NCBI GenBank assembly: GCA_025594325.1
Contig: JANHCV010000001.1
Location: 4,030,001-4,094,000, forward strand
Direction of reading: 5' to 3'
DNA: 64,000 nucleotides
DNA from: Blastocladiella emersonii ATCC 22665
Lineage: Eukaryota > Fungi > Blastocladiomycota
The stretch's first letter is position 1; every line of letters begins with the position of its first letter. The translations under genes were made by a program, and so were the position numbers. Positions 49,301-61,500 of the stretch are shown in pieces. The notes below the pieces were generated by a model. That model searched no databases, was not told where the DNA came from, and saw nothing but the letters and a program-made list of their open reading frames with translations.

Positions 49301-52300
49301 GGTTGCGCGCGGCGAGACCATCATCTCGGTCGAGGCCATCATGCACGGAAAGGGGCCCGTGCAGGCCGCGAGTACCGAGAGCGCCACCGAGGGCGCGTGT
49401 GGCGGTGAGTCGATTGCCGCCGTCGCGGACGTGGTCAAGGAGACGATCCCCGCCAAGGTCGTCGTCCTCGCCAAGCCCGTCGGCTCCGAGCTCCTCGTCG
49501 AGAGCTCGGCCGACGAGTCCGAGATCCAGGGCGCCACCGAGGGCGCGAGTGCTGCAGCGGCCGTCGTTGAGGCGGGCGAGGTCGCGTGCATCAACGTGGC
49601 CGTCGCCGAGGCGGACGAGGTCGCGTGCAGCAGCGTGGCCGCCGCCGAGTCCATTGCGGAGGGCTCGGCCGGCGTGCCCGTGGTCGAGCGCGCCGTTGAG
49701 GGCGCGCGTGTCGACGCCGCGGTCGCCGCCAAGGTCGTCGGCAAGAAGTCGTGCGTCACGGCGGCCGTCACCACCGAGGGCATGAGCGACGACGACCGCA
49801 AGGTCGGCGCCATCATCGTCAAGGCCCCGGCCGGCGAGACCGGCACCGAGGCCGCCATCGTGGGCTCGGGCGACACGGTCGTCGTTGCCGAGGCCGTGTG
49901 CAAGGAGGTCGACGCCGCCAAGGTCTCCCTCGCCGAGCCTGTCGATCGCGAGGCCGCCGCCACGGGCTGCTCGATCGACGACGGGTCCGCGTACCAGCGC
50001 ACCAAGGGCGCGTGCGACGCCGACGGCGACACGGTCATCTCCATGGTCGCCGCGGCCGAGGAGAAGGAGGAGCTGCAGACCACGACCCGCACCACCACGA
50101 CCCGCGTCACCGCGTGCCCGGTCAGCAGCAGCAGCAGCAGCAAGGCCGACGGCGAGATCCTCGCCAAGACGTCGGTCAACAAGGCCGCCGCTGAGGCCGC
50201 CGCTGAGGCCGCCGCTGAGGCCGCCGCTGAGGCCGCCGCTGAGGCCGCCGCTGAGGCCGCCGCTGAGGCCGCCATCAAGGAGTCGTCGTGCGGCGCGAGC
50301 ACGGCTGCGTTCACCGAGTGCGACGCCAACAACTACACGTACGGTACGGCCTCGTACGCCGCGACCACCGGCGTCATCAAGGGCACGAGCGGCAACGACA
50401 AGATCGTCAAGGTGCTGCCCGACGAGACCGTTGCGGGCGGGTGCACGACCGCACGCTCGGGCACCGAGCTCGTCATCACCAAGGGCGCGAGCGCCGCTGC
50501 CGCGGCTGCCGGCGAGAGCGAGCCGGTCGTCCTCGTCAAGTCCATCATCGTGCCCGCCGCGCACATGGCGCCGCACGCCGTCATGGAGCCGACGGCTGCC
50601 GAGAACACGATCAAGGAGAACCAAGACCAGCAGGAGCAGGCCGAGAAGGCCACCACCACCACCTTCTGCACCGTCGCCGACGCCGCCGCTCGCGACTCGG
50701 GCATCCTCGCTCCGACACCCGCCAGCTCGATGACGGTCGAGCGCGCCACCTGCACGGCGCAGCAGCAGCAGCAGCCGGGCGGGTCCTCGAGGCCGTTTGC
50801 GGGACCGTCGCGACGACCGCGGGTCCCGCGACCGATTCCGTCGCCGAGCAGCTCGAGCTGTTCCCGAACGACGCCATGGAGCGCATCGTCGACGCTGGTG
50901 TCGCCGCCCGTACCGGCCCATCCAGTGGCGGCATCGCCAATGCCGGCGTCGACATGGTCCAGCTCGTCGTGCCGACGCGCCAGGTGATCCACGAGCCCAA
51001 GGAACGCGGGTCCACCACAGCCGCCACCGACGCCGCCGCGGCCGTGGAGCTCCTGCGACGGTCTACGGACCAGCGCGAGGCCGCGAGGTACGCTTTCGAG
51101 CTATCGTGTCCCGATGCGCGATCTCCCAACACTAACGCTGGCGCGATTCGTAGAAGTCTCGAGGCCGCCAACAACATTGCCGTCGCGACCGCCTCGGCCA
51201 TGGTCGCCGCGCCGTCGCCGGCCTCCAGCGACTCGGCGCCCAGCAGCGTGCACGGCAAGCTGATCGACACGAGCGCGGCTCCCGCCGCCGCCGCCGTCAA
51301 GTTCGAGCGCACCGAGATGAGCGGCCAACCCGTCGCTTCCGCCAAAAGGCACGTATCCCTCTCTCTCTCTCGGCGGTTTGCTCCAACGGCAGTCACGCTA
51401 ACCAAACCTCGAACCCTGTGTGTAGTAGCGTCAAGCGCGTCGAGGCGGCGCAGGCCGAGTCGGACATCGGCACGCACGGCGGCGGCCACGTCGTCGGCAA
51501 GGTCGGCAAGCTCGAGCACGTCGCCGCGTCTAGCGGTGCCGCGCAGCCGCACTGCGAGATCAAGGCGCAGGGCGCCAAGCCGGCGGGCATCACGCGCCAC
51601 CAGCCCGACGACGGCGCCGTGGCCGCCGCCGCCCCTACGCCGGGCGCAGGCGCTGCGGGTGTAGGGCGGTCGCTGGCCGCCGACCCGTCGACGTCGTCGT
51701 CGTCGTCGCAGCCTGGTCTCGGCGGCAAGCACGGCCGCAAGGAGAAGAAGAAGAAGCGGTGGCCGAAAATGCCGTGGTCGAAGAGCCGCAGCGGCGCGTC
51801 TCGGGTCCACGACGACTCGACCACCGCCCGTCGCGCCTCGGCGTCGCCCTCGCCGACCTCCTCTACCTCATCCTCCTCGGCCGCGACTGGTCTCGCGGCG
51901 CGTGCGCGTCGCGCTGCGGCCAAGGTCCTCGTCGGCATCACGCACCTTTCGCGCACCTCGCGCTCTTCTCGCAGCCACGGCAACGGACCGACCGGCACCG
52001 AGGAGGACCACGCTCGTTCGTCTGGCCCGTGCCTCGAGAGCGACGCGCCTGCGCCTGCGCCTGCGCCTGCGCCTGCGCCTGCGCCTGCGCCTGCGCCTGC
52101 GCCTGCGCCTGAGCTGCCGCAGCTCCTCGCGGACCTCGTCAACGGCAGCGACAAGGGTACCATCACCCTCACGTCGGTCCTCGACCTCATGGACGAGCTC
52201 GGCGATCATCTGGCTCACGCAGCCACCACGCTTCCTGCTCGGGTCGGCTTCGCGCCGCTGGGCATCAAGGCGCAGCAGGAGATCCAGGGCGGCGGCATCG

Positions 52301-53328
52301 GGCCCGGCCGCGCCGTCCAGCACCGCGATCCGGGGTGGTACATTGAGCTTCTGCGGTTCCTCGCCAAGTACATCCCGAACACGCTCGTCGACCTGCTCGG
52401 CGTCTCCATTCGCGGCCTCTCGGCGCCCCTCATGACCGAGGCCCACGCGATCGCCCTCGGCAACGTCATGGAGAAGCACCGCGAGGCGATGGAACTTCAC
52501 GCCCGTGCCCTCAGCGACGAGCTGTGCCGCCCCGACGTGCCCGAAGCGCAAGTCCCGGCCCACTTCCCGCTCGACAGCACCAACGCTCGGCTGCGCATGC
52601 CGGCGCACATCGAGGCGCTCGACGACGAGCTCGACTGCGCGCTCCGGAAGTGCATGTCGCCGCAGACCATCGACGATCTCGGCGACTACATGTGGTACAT
52701 GCACCAACTCGCGGTGTACCTGGCCACGTACGTGCCGGGCCTCGACTCGCGCACTCCTGGGGGTATTTCGCGTGCTCTCAGGGTCGTGGCCGCGATCTCG
52801 GCCCTGCAGATGACTCGGGTCGATCCGTTCGCTGCAGTCAAGATGGACGGCGGCATCGTGGATTGCCATCTTCTCCCCGAGAGCGCCCAGTCCTGTCTTT
52901 TGTTCGCGCTGGTCCTCCTGGGCCACTGCGAGCGCACCATGGCCGTGCCGAACCGCGATCCCGCGGCGGCCACGGATTTCTTCTCTTTTGCCAACATGAT
53001 TCCCGCCATGGGCGGCGGTGCGGCCGTGCTTGGACCCTCTGCGACGTGCCCGTTCGATTGGTGATGGATGGGCCTCGGCTGCTGCTCATGGCAGTCTCAG
53101 CTCGCGCGCGCGCGCTACTCTTTCTGCAGCATCGGCTCGTGGCGGCGAGCCGCCGCCGTTGTCAGCGGCTGCGCGCGCGCAGTTCTTTGTGTGTGTGTGT
53201 TTAGTTCTTGTCATTGTCAATAGCATGTTCAGTACGATCAAAGCCTCTCGTCAATGATTCAGATCCGGCGTTTGCCTCGTGCATCGATGTGCATCAATGA
53301 CGGAAGCTGAAGAGCAACTGAGAGAAGG
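46374..53328 (+). repeat. ~6.9-kb multicopy unit, copy B
   Basis: Identity with A begins at CAAGGTGTTCCTCTACGAC (46374 vs 14761) and ends at GAGAGAAGG (53328 vs 21703). Confidence 0.95.
48663..53064 (+). CDS. Orphan multi-exon protein, copy B
   Basis: Same exon model as copy A. Differs by T>C at 50702, A>G at 50888 (I>V), silent G>A at 52545 and AP x11. Confidence 0.6.
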
Positions 53329-53506
53329 TTGGCCGCCGGCCGCGACGTGATATCATCCTTCGTACGAGTCCCTGCGAGGCCCACGATCCCGCTTTGCTCA
53401 TTGATCTTTGAGTACACGAGGATCAGTTTGGGACAAATCTAATAGTGTGTGTGCGTCGGAAAAGCCCAGATTCGCGGTAGCTCTTTCCCAATAGCGCTCG
53501 CCAATC

Positions 53507-53835
53507 GGCAACGACATGGAGATGATGCGCACGCACAGGTCTGGGCGCACCCAGACGTCGCCCGGCGAAAGAATCTACGACGACGAAGATGTGGCTTCCA
53601 CCGGGTACTCTTTCGCCTTGTCCTCGCGCTTGGTCGTTTCGGCGTCGTACTCGGCGGGTGACAGAAGCTTGAGGTCGCGCGCGTCGACCTTGACGAGGTC
53701 GCCGTTCGCCACGAGATCGACGCGCACCAGCTCCTTGTGCTGCATGAGTTCGCGCACCAAACCCAGCATCCAGGCGTGTCGCACGTGCGTGACCAGAATG
53801 AACCCGCCGCGGCCAGCATGCGCCGCGCATCGAGC
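53507..53835 (-). pseudogene. SPP2/GPKOW KOW-region fragment (diverged, with nonsense codon)
   Basis: Homologous to about 10530-10860 ([32 protein letters not shown]...). An in-frame TAG at 53575-53577 precedes ILSPGDVWVRPDL. Confidence 0.88.
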
Positions 53836-53868
53836 AAGCCAAGAGCTACGTGAAAACGCTCTTCCCAT

Positions 53869-54318
53869 GTCGATGGAAGACTGGATCGCAGCGCGGTACT
53901 GCCAGACCTGCTCCAGCTTGCGATCGCAGGCGAGCTTCGCGACGCGCTCGCGGATCCAAGCGGGTTCCGACAACAGTGACGCGTTCTCAGTGGACGCAGC
54001 AGCGGCGGTCGGAGCTGGTTCGGATCCAAGCAAGACAGCTTCGTTCACGTTGAGCGAGACGACTGGGTTGTCCAAGTTGTCGCGCAACCGAGTGAAGCTG
54101 CCACAGATGAGCGAGAGCGACTTGCCGGTGCCCGTCGGGTTCTCAATCAAGCCGACGCCGCGCTGGTCGAGGACGCGGTACAGCGTGTCCATGAGGCTGA
54201 CCTGAATCGAGTACGGCGGGAAGGAGAAGCCGTAGTCCCTTCCCGCTGGGATCACAGCCGAGGCCGCGGACGGGTCTGTTGCCGCTGCTGCTGCCAGTCC
54301 ATTCGCTTCATGGCTCAT
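53869..54318 (-). pseudogene. CHL1 5' fragment (diverged), fused in frame to the KOW fragment
   Basis: Homologous to about 11832-12278. FSFPPYSIQ and ENPTGTGKS are retained; W>R and other substitutions. Continues in frame into the KOW fragment (ORF 53575-54318). Confidence 0.9.
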
Positions 54319-54465
54319 TGTGATGCTTCATTAGTTGAGGGTGAGGGAGAGCGAGCGCAGGAACGTCGTCGCAGTCGTCGAGCTGGTCGTCGAGGTGCTT
54401 CTCGTCCGCCCTGCTCCTCCTCCCTCAGGCCGGATACGCAACACTTCCACTTGACACTAGACTCC

Positions 54466-55115
54466 ATGCAACACAGCGACACCATGCAATCTGACCGCCG
54501 CGCATCACCATCAACGGATAAGCCAACCGCGGAAGCGTCGCCGACCAAAGCGCCGCCATCCCCTTCCCGCGACGCCGCTGCGGCTCCGCCACCACCCGAA
54601 ACCGTTGTGTACGGCGAAAGCGAGTTCACCGGCGGTGACATTGCAGGCAAGTACGGCCTCCTGGTCAAGGGCAGCAAGCGGAGACGAGGCGGGGATGCTG
54701 CTGCTCTCACCGCCGAGTCGGACGCCGCGCCGAAAGAGGGTGATGGCGAGGAGCCGTACGACATCTCGACGGCACCAAGGGACGCGCCTCTGCTCACCAA
54801 GGGGCGCGGCGAGCTCGACGAGGCGATCCAGGACCTGCCCGAACACATACGATACCTGCGTCTAAACCCCGAAGCCGCTCACCGACCTCATGCTCGTCGT
54901 GTAGTGCTCGATAGAAGACTACGAGGCCAAGCCGATCGCCGACTTTAACGTCGCGGTGCTCCGCGAACGGGCTGGTCCGAGGGACGGGCGATTGGTCATA
55001 ACCAGAAGAACGTGTACGCTTTCAATCTCGTACCACCGCGGACACGCAATGCGAGACTAACCGACCTATCAATTGGCTGGTCTCGTGAGACCACACAGTA
55101 TATCCCGCGCTCAAT
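54466..55115 (+). pseudogene. SPP2/GPKOW 5' portion (exons 1-2 and start of exon 3), degenerate
   Basis: Homologous to about 11010-11666. The intron-1 donor GTACGC became ATACGA, there is a 1-nt deletion in the G-patch (CTCCGCAGCATGGGC to CTCCGCGAACGGGC), and the intron-2 acceptor AG became GG. Confidence 0.9.
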
Positions 55116-55310
55116 GCCGACGCCCACATCGACGGCAAGGCCACGGGCGCCATGTCGTACGCGCTGCTCAAGAGTCTGCGCGCCAACCCGGGCCAGTCGT
55201 ACGCGCAGCTGCTCGCGTCGACTCGCGCCATCCTGTCCAAGGAGTACTCGCAGATTCCGCAGCTCTCTTCGGGCCACGAGATCGACATGAACGCTGTGTT
55301 TGTACTCTAA
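55116..55310 (+). pseudogene. Recent copy of the last ~64 codons of MCA1
   Basis: Reverse complement of 21929-22123 (ADAHIDGKATGAM...DMNAVFVL*); no differences seen. Lacks the catalytic residues. Confidence 0.92.
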
Positions 55311-55535
55311 TCCCACTTTCTCGCCCCGCACGGTTTGCTCCATCATCAAAATGTACCAGTTTTGCTCACCAGCTCGCGGGATCCTGACGAACCGCGCAAT
55401 CGTCTCCCGCGTGGCCGAACGGCCAACAGGCCTACATAAGGAACGCGCGATGGTACGTACATTCGTCACATGCTATCGCAGCACGTCCGCGGCCGGCGGC
55501 CGAGGGGCTCGGACGCGTCCATGGCCGGCGGCCGT

Positions 55536-58500
55536 CCTTCTCTCAGTTGCTCTTCAGCTTCCGTCATTGATGCACATCGATGCACGAGGCAAACGCCGGA
55601 TCTGAATCATTGACGAGAGGCTTTGATCGTACTGAACATGCTATTGACAATGACAAGAACTAAACACACACACACAAAGAACTGCGCGCGCGCAGCCGCT
55701 GACAACGGCGGCGGCTCGCCGCCACGAGCCGATGCTGCAGAAAGAGTAGCGCGCGCGCGCGAGCTGAGACTGCCATGAGCAGCAGCCGAGGCCCATCCAT
55801 CACCAATCGAACGGGCACGTCGCAGAGGGTCCAAGCACGGCCGCACCGCCGCCCATGGCGGGAATCATGTTGGCAAAAGAGAAGAAATCCGTGGCCGCCG
55901 CGGGATCGCGGTTCGGCACGGCCATGGTGCGCTCGCAGTGGCCCAGGAGGACCAGCGCGAACAAAAGACAGGACTGGGCGCTCTCGGGGAGAAGATGGCA
56001 ATCCACGATGCCGCCGTCCATCTTGACTGCAGCGAACGGATCGACCCGAGTCATCTGCAGGGCCGAGATCGCGGCCACGACCCTGAGAGCACGCGAAATA
56101 CCCCCAGGAGTGCGCGAGTCGAGGCCCGGCACGTACGTGGCCAGGTACACCGCGAGTTGGTGCATGTACCACATGTAGTCGCCGAGATCGTCGATGGTCT
56201 GCGGCGACATGCACTTCCGGAGCGCGCAGTCGAGCTCGTCGTCGAGCGCCTCGATGTGCGCCGGCATGCGCAGCCGAGCGTTGGTGCTGTCGAGCGGGAA
56301 GTGGGCCGGGACTTGCGCCTCGGGCACGTCGGGGCGGCACAGCTCGTCGCTGAGGGCACGGGCGTGAAGTTCCATCGCCTCGCGGTGCTTCTCCATGACG
56401 TTGCCGAGGGCGATCGCGTGGGCCTCGGTCATGAGGGGCGCCGAGAGGCCGCGAATGGAGACGCCGAGCAGGTCGACGAGCGTGTTCGGGATGTACTTGG
56501 CGAGGAACCGCAGAAGCTCAATGTACCACCCCGGATCGCGGTGCTGGACGGCGCGGCCGGGCCCGATGCCGCCGCCCTGGATCTCCTGCTGCGCCTTGAT
56601 GCCCAGCGGCGCGAAGCCGACCCGAGCAGGAAGCGTGGTGGCTGCGTGAGCCAGATGATCGCCGAGCTCGTCCATGAGGTCGAGGACCGACGTGAGGGTG
56701 ATGGTACCCTTGTCGCTGCCGTTGACGAGGTCCGCGAGGAGCTGCGGCAGCTCAGGCGCAGGCGCAGGCGCAGGCGCAGGCGCAGGCGCAGGCGCAGGCG
56801 CAGGCGCAGGCGCAGGCGCAGGCGCAGGCGCGTCGCTCTCGAGGCACGGGCCAGACGAACGAGCGTGGTCCTCCTCGGTGCCGGTCGGTCCGTTGCCGTG
56901 GCTGCGAGAAGAGCGCGAGGTGCGCGAAAGGTGCGTGATGCCGACGAGGACCTTGGCCGCAGCGCGACGCGCACGCGCCGCGAGACCAGTCGCGGCCGAG
57001 GAGGATGAGGTAGAGGAGGTCGGCGAGGGCGACGCCGAGGCGCGACGGGCGGTGGTCGAGTCGTCGTGGACCCGAGACGCGCCGCTGCGGCTCTTCGACC
57101 ACGGCATTTTCGGCCACCGCTTCTTCTTCTTCTCCTTGCGGCCGTGCTTGCCGCCGAGACCAGGCTGCGACGACGACGACGACGTCGACGGGTCGGCGGC
57201 CAGCGACCGCCCTACACCCGCAGCGCCTGCGCCCGGCGTAGGGGCGGCGGCGGCCACGGCGCCGTCGTCGGGCTGGTGGCGCGTGATGCCCGCCGGCTTG
57301 GCGCCCTGCGCCTTGATCTCGCAGTGCGGCTGCGCGGCACCGCTAGACGCGGCGACGTGCTCGAGCTTGCCGACCTTGCCGACGACGTGGCCGCCGCCGT
57401 GCGTGCCGATGTCCGACTCGGCCTGCGCCGCCTCGACGCGCTTGACGCTACTACACACAGGGTTCGAGGTTTGGTTAGCGTGACTGCCGTTGGAGCAAAC
57501 CGCCGAGAGAGAGAGAGGGATACGTGCCTTTTGGCGGAAGCGACGGGTTGGCCGCTCATCTCGGTGCGCTCGAACTTGACGGCGGCGGCGGCGGGAGCCG
57601 CGCTCGTGTCGATCAGCTTGCCGTGCACGCTGCTGGGCGCCGAGTCGCTGGAGGCCGGCGACGGCGCGGCGACCATGGCCGAGGCGGTCGCGACGGCAAT
57701 GTTGTTGGCGGCCTCGAGACTTCTACGAATCGCGCCAGCGTTAGTGTTGGGAGATCGCGCATCGGGACACGATAGCTCGAAAGCGTACCTCGCGGCCTCG
57801 CGCTGGTCCGTAGACCGTCGCAGGAGCTCCACGGCCGCGGCGGCGTCGGTGGCGGCTGTGGTGGACCCGCGTTCCTTGGGCTCGTGGATCACCTGGCGCG
57901 TCGGCACGACGAGCTGGACCATGTCGACGCCGGCATTGGCGATGCCGCCACTGGATGGGCCGGTACGGGCGGCGACACCAGCGTCGACGATGCGCTCCAT
58001 GGCGTCGTTCGGGAACAGCTCGAGCTGCTCGGCGACGGAATCGGTCGCGGGACCCGCGGTCGTCGCGACGGTCCCGCAAACGGCCTCGAGGACCCGCCCG
58101 GCTGCTGCTGCTGCTGCGCCGTGCAGGTGGCGCGCTCGACCGTCATCGAGCTGGCGGGTGTCGGAGCGAGGATGCCCGAGTCGCGAGCGGCGGCGTCGGC
58201 GACGGTGCAGAAGGTGGTGGTGGTGGCCTTCTCGGCCTGCTCCTGCTGGTCTTGGTTCTCCTTGATCGTGTTCTCGGCAGCCGTCGGCTCCATGACGGCG
58301 TGCGGCGCCATGTGCGCGGCGGGCACGATGATGGACTTGACGAGGACGACCGGCTCGCTCTCGCCGGCAGCCGCGGCAGCGGCGCTCGCGCCCTTGGTGA
58401 TGACGAGCTCGGTGCCCGAGCGTGCGGTCGTGCACCCGCCCGCAACGGTCTCGTCGGGCAGCACCTTGACGATCTTGTCGTTGCCGCTCGTGCCCTTGAT

Positions 58501-61500
58501 GACGCCGGTGGTCGCGGCGTACGAGGCCGTACCGTACGTGTAGTTGTTGGCGTCGCACTCGGTGAACGCAGCCGTGCTCGCGCCGCACGACGACTCCTTG
58601 ATGGCGGCCTCAGCGGCGGCCTCAGCGGCGGCCTCAGCGGCGGCCTCAGCGGCGGCCTTGTTGACCGACGTCTTGGCGAGGATCTCGCCGTCGGCCTTGC
58701 TGCTGCTGCTGCTGCTGACCGGGCACGCGGTGACGCGGGTCGTGGTGGTGCGGGTCGTGGTCTGCAGCTCCTCCTTCTCCTCGGCCGCGGCGACCATGGA
58801 GATGACCGTGTCGCCGTCGGCGTCGCACGCGCCCTTGGTGCGCTGGTACGCGGACCCGTCGTCGATCGAGCAGCCCGTGGCGGCGGCCTCGCGATCGACA
58901 GGCTCGGCGAGGGAGACCTTGGCGGCGTCGACCTCCTTGCACACGGCCTCGGCAACGACGACCGTGTCGCCCGAGCCCACGATGGCGGCCTCGGTGCCGG
59001 TCTCGCCGGCCGGGGCCTTGACGATGATGGCGCCGACCTTGCGGTCGTCGTCGCTCATGCCCTCGGTGGTGACGGCCGCCGTGACGCACGACTTCTTGCC
59101 GACGACCTTGGCGGCGACCGCGGCGTCGACACGCGCGCCCTCAACGGCGCGCTCGACCACGGGCACGCCGGCCGAGCCCTCCGCAATGGACTCGGCGGCG
59201 GCCACGCTGCTGCACGCGACCTCGTCCGCCTCGGCGACGGCCACGTTGATGCACGCGACCTCGCCCGCCTCAACGACGGCCGCTGCAGCACTCGCGCCCT
59301 CGGTGGCGCCCTGGATCTCGGACTCGTCGGCCGAGCTCTCGACGAGGAGCTCGGAGCCGACGGGCTTGGCGAGGACGACGACCTTGGCGGGGATCGTCTC
59401 CTTGACCACGTCCGCGACGGCGGCAATCGACTCACCGCCACACGCGCCCTCGGTGGCGCTCTCGGTACTCGCGGCCTGCACGGGCCCCTTTCCGTGCATG
59501 ATGGCCTCGACCGAGATGATGGTCTCGCCGCGCGCAACCTCGGCGCCGGCGGCGACACCCTCGACCGCGGCGACCTCGCGGTCGCCGCACGCGCCCTCAA
59601 CGGCGCACTCGGCAGCAGCCCTGGATGACGTCGGCGTTGCGGCAAGTGTCAGTCGCCATGCGATTCATGCGGAGGAGCGGTGGGATCGGAGAGGGGAGGG
59701 CGGACACGGCGAGGTGATAATGAATAATAACCGACGCGATCACAGCGGACGCGTCGCGCCGCACCGCGCGGGTGGCGCGCCGCGAACAATGGCTCGCGCC
59801 CGCCCGAATATCGATCGGGCGGTGCCGGCCGCCGGCCGCCGGCCGCCGCATTCCGCCCGTGCTTCGGCGGCGCGACGGCACGGAGGGGCGCCGTAGCGCG
59901 GCGCGGCCGTGCACCATGATCGGGCGGACGAGCAGAGTAGAGGTGGGGGTGGAGCAGGGCAAGGCGTGTCTATACGTGATCGGATCGGATCGGGCGGGCG
60001 GGTCGGCGTCGAGAAGCGAGAAACGTACGTCTGCTGCTGCTGCTCCTCGGCGACGGCCACGGCCACGGCCTCGACCGAAGTCTCGGCGGCGGCGGCCTCC
60101 TCGACCGCGACGGGGCGGAGCGAGAAGCCGAGGAGCGACTTGACACCGGTCCACACTGCGGAGATCGAGCTCCACATGTTGACAGGTGATGCGTTTGTTG
60201 ATACGTAGTATGATCCGATCCTTATGCTCGAACAGGGAGCAGTTTGGGGGTGTCGGGGCGGCCGAGGAGAAGGAGCCGCGGAGGGTCCGCGGGGGCAGCG
60301 AGCGAGCGGGCGGGCGGGAGGGGACAGCCGGCCGGCCTGCACCCAGCGCACCCCGGCCGGCCGAGTGGCCAGCAGCCCCGTGGTACATGTTCCTGTCAGT
60401 TGCCTTGTTGTCGTGAAAAAAATGGTGGGCGAGCGGTTTGGGATACAGTTCAAGCCGCAAGCGGCGGGAAACAGTGTCTCCCTTCCCCCCTGCGACCGTG
60501 ATCGTGATGTTTTGCTGCGATTAATCCGTCGTGCAGCGAAGCACATGACCTCGGGGGACAGCCTGCACGTGCACGCGGATCACAGAGTGCGCGCGAGATG
60601 GCGAACAACGGACGGGCCGGGCGCCGCCGTGTGAGCGCCGCAACGCGTCGAGGCCGATCACCGTGGCCGCGGCCATGGCCATGGTCGTGGTGGACCGGCC
60701 GGCCGTGGATCGCATCGTCGCCGCGGTGTTTTCACTCACCGCGACCAACTCCGGACCGCGCCGTGTGAAGGAGGAAACGGTCGTGCTGGTTGGCGATCCG
60801 GCCGCTTCTCGGGCCGGTGCGTCGGATCGCCGCGGAAACCCGAGGGAAGACGTACGCCCGCTGATCAGGCCGGCCCGCCACGCCGACGCGCCAGGGCGCG
60901 AGGTTGCACCAAGTGAGCACGCGTCGTGGTCGTGGCCGAGAGCCGAGGATCAGCGCCGTCGCGGTAGGTCAGGTCGGCGCGAGCGGCCACGCGTCGTCCT
61001 CGAGGGCTACCCACATGCACTAACGGCGCAGATCTTGTCGGGAATCGCTCCTCGCTCACTCAATCACGCGAATCCATTGCTCCAAGTCCATGATCACAAA
61101 ATCACATTGGTCCATGTATATCGTTGTCCCGAGTCCCGAGGGCGAAAGGTTGCGCAGAACGGACCGCAACCCATCTCTCTCAATCATGCCTTGTCGTCGA
61201 TTCCGACCTTGGTGCGGTGTGGCGGGCGACGACGGCCATAGCCTCGCCACGGTGGTCGACTCACGCGTTGGCCCGGCCCCAGGTCGGTCAGTTGCCGCGT
61301 CGCTTTCTTTGGACCCCGTCGGGGACTCCCGGGGTTGCGTGCGCACGCTGTGACTGTGCTGCGAGCGGATCGCCCAAACGCGTGGGAGATTTTTGCCCGC
61401 GCAAGCACTGTTCTGCAACGCGCGCGCGAACACGACGTGCGATCATGGCCATGGTGGCGCAGCAACGCGCCCGGGCGACGCGCGCGTCGCGCGATGGGGC

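Larger units (their letters stand above)
44840..53328 (+). repeat. Left arm of a giant inverted repeat (may extend left of 44840; its partner runs off the window)
   Basis: Reverse complement of 55536-64000. Coordinate sums are 108840, 108876 and 108864, shifting only at the two microsatellites; base 64000 pairs with 44840. Confidence 0.95.
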
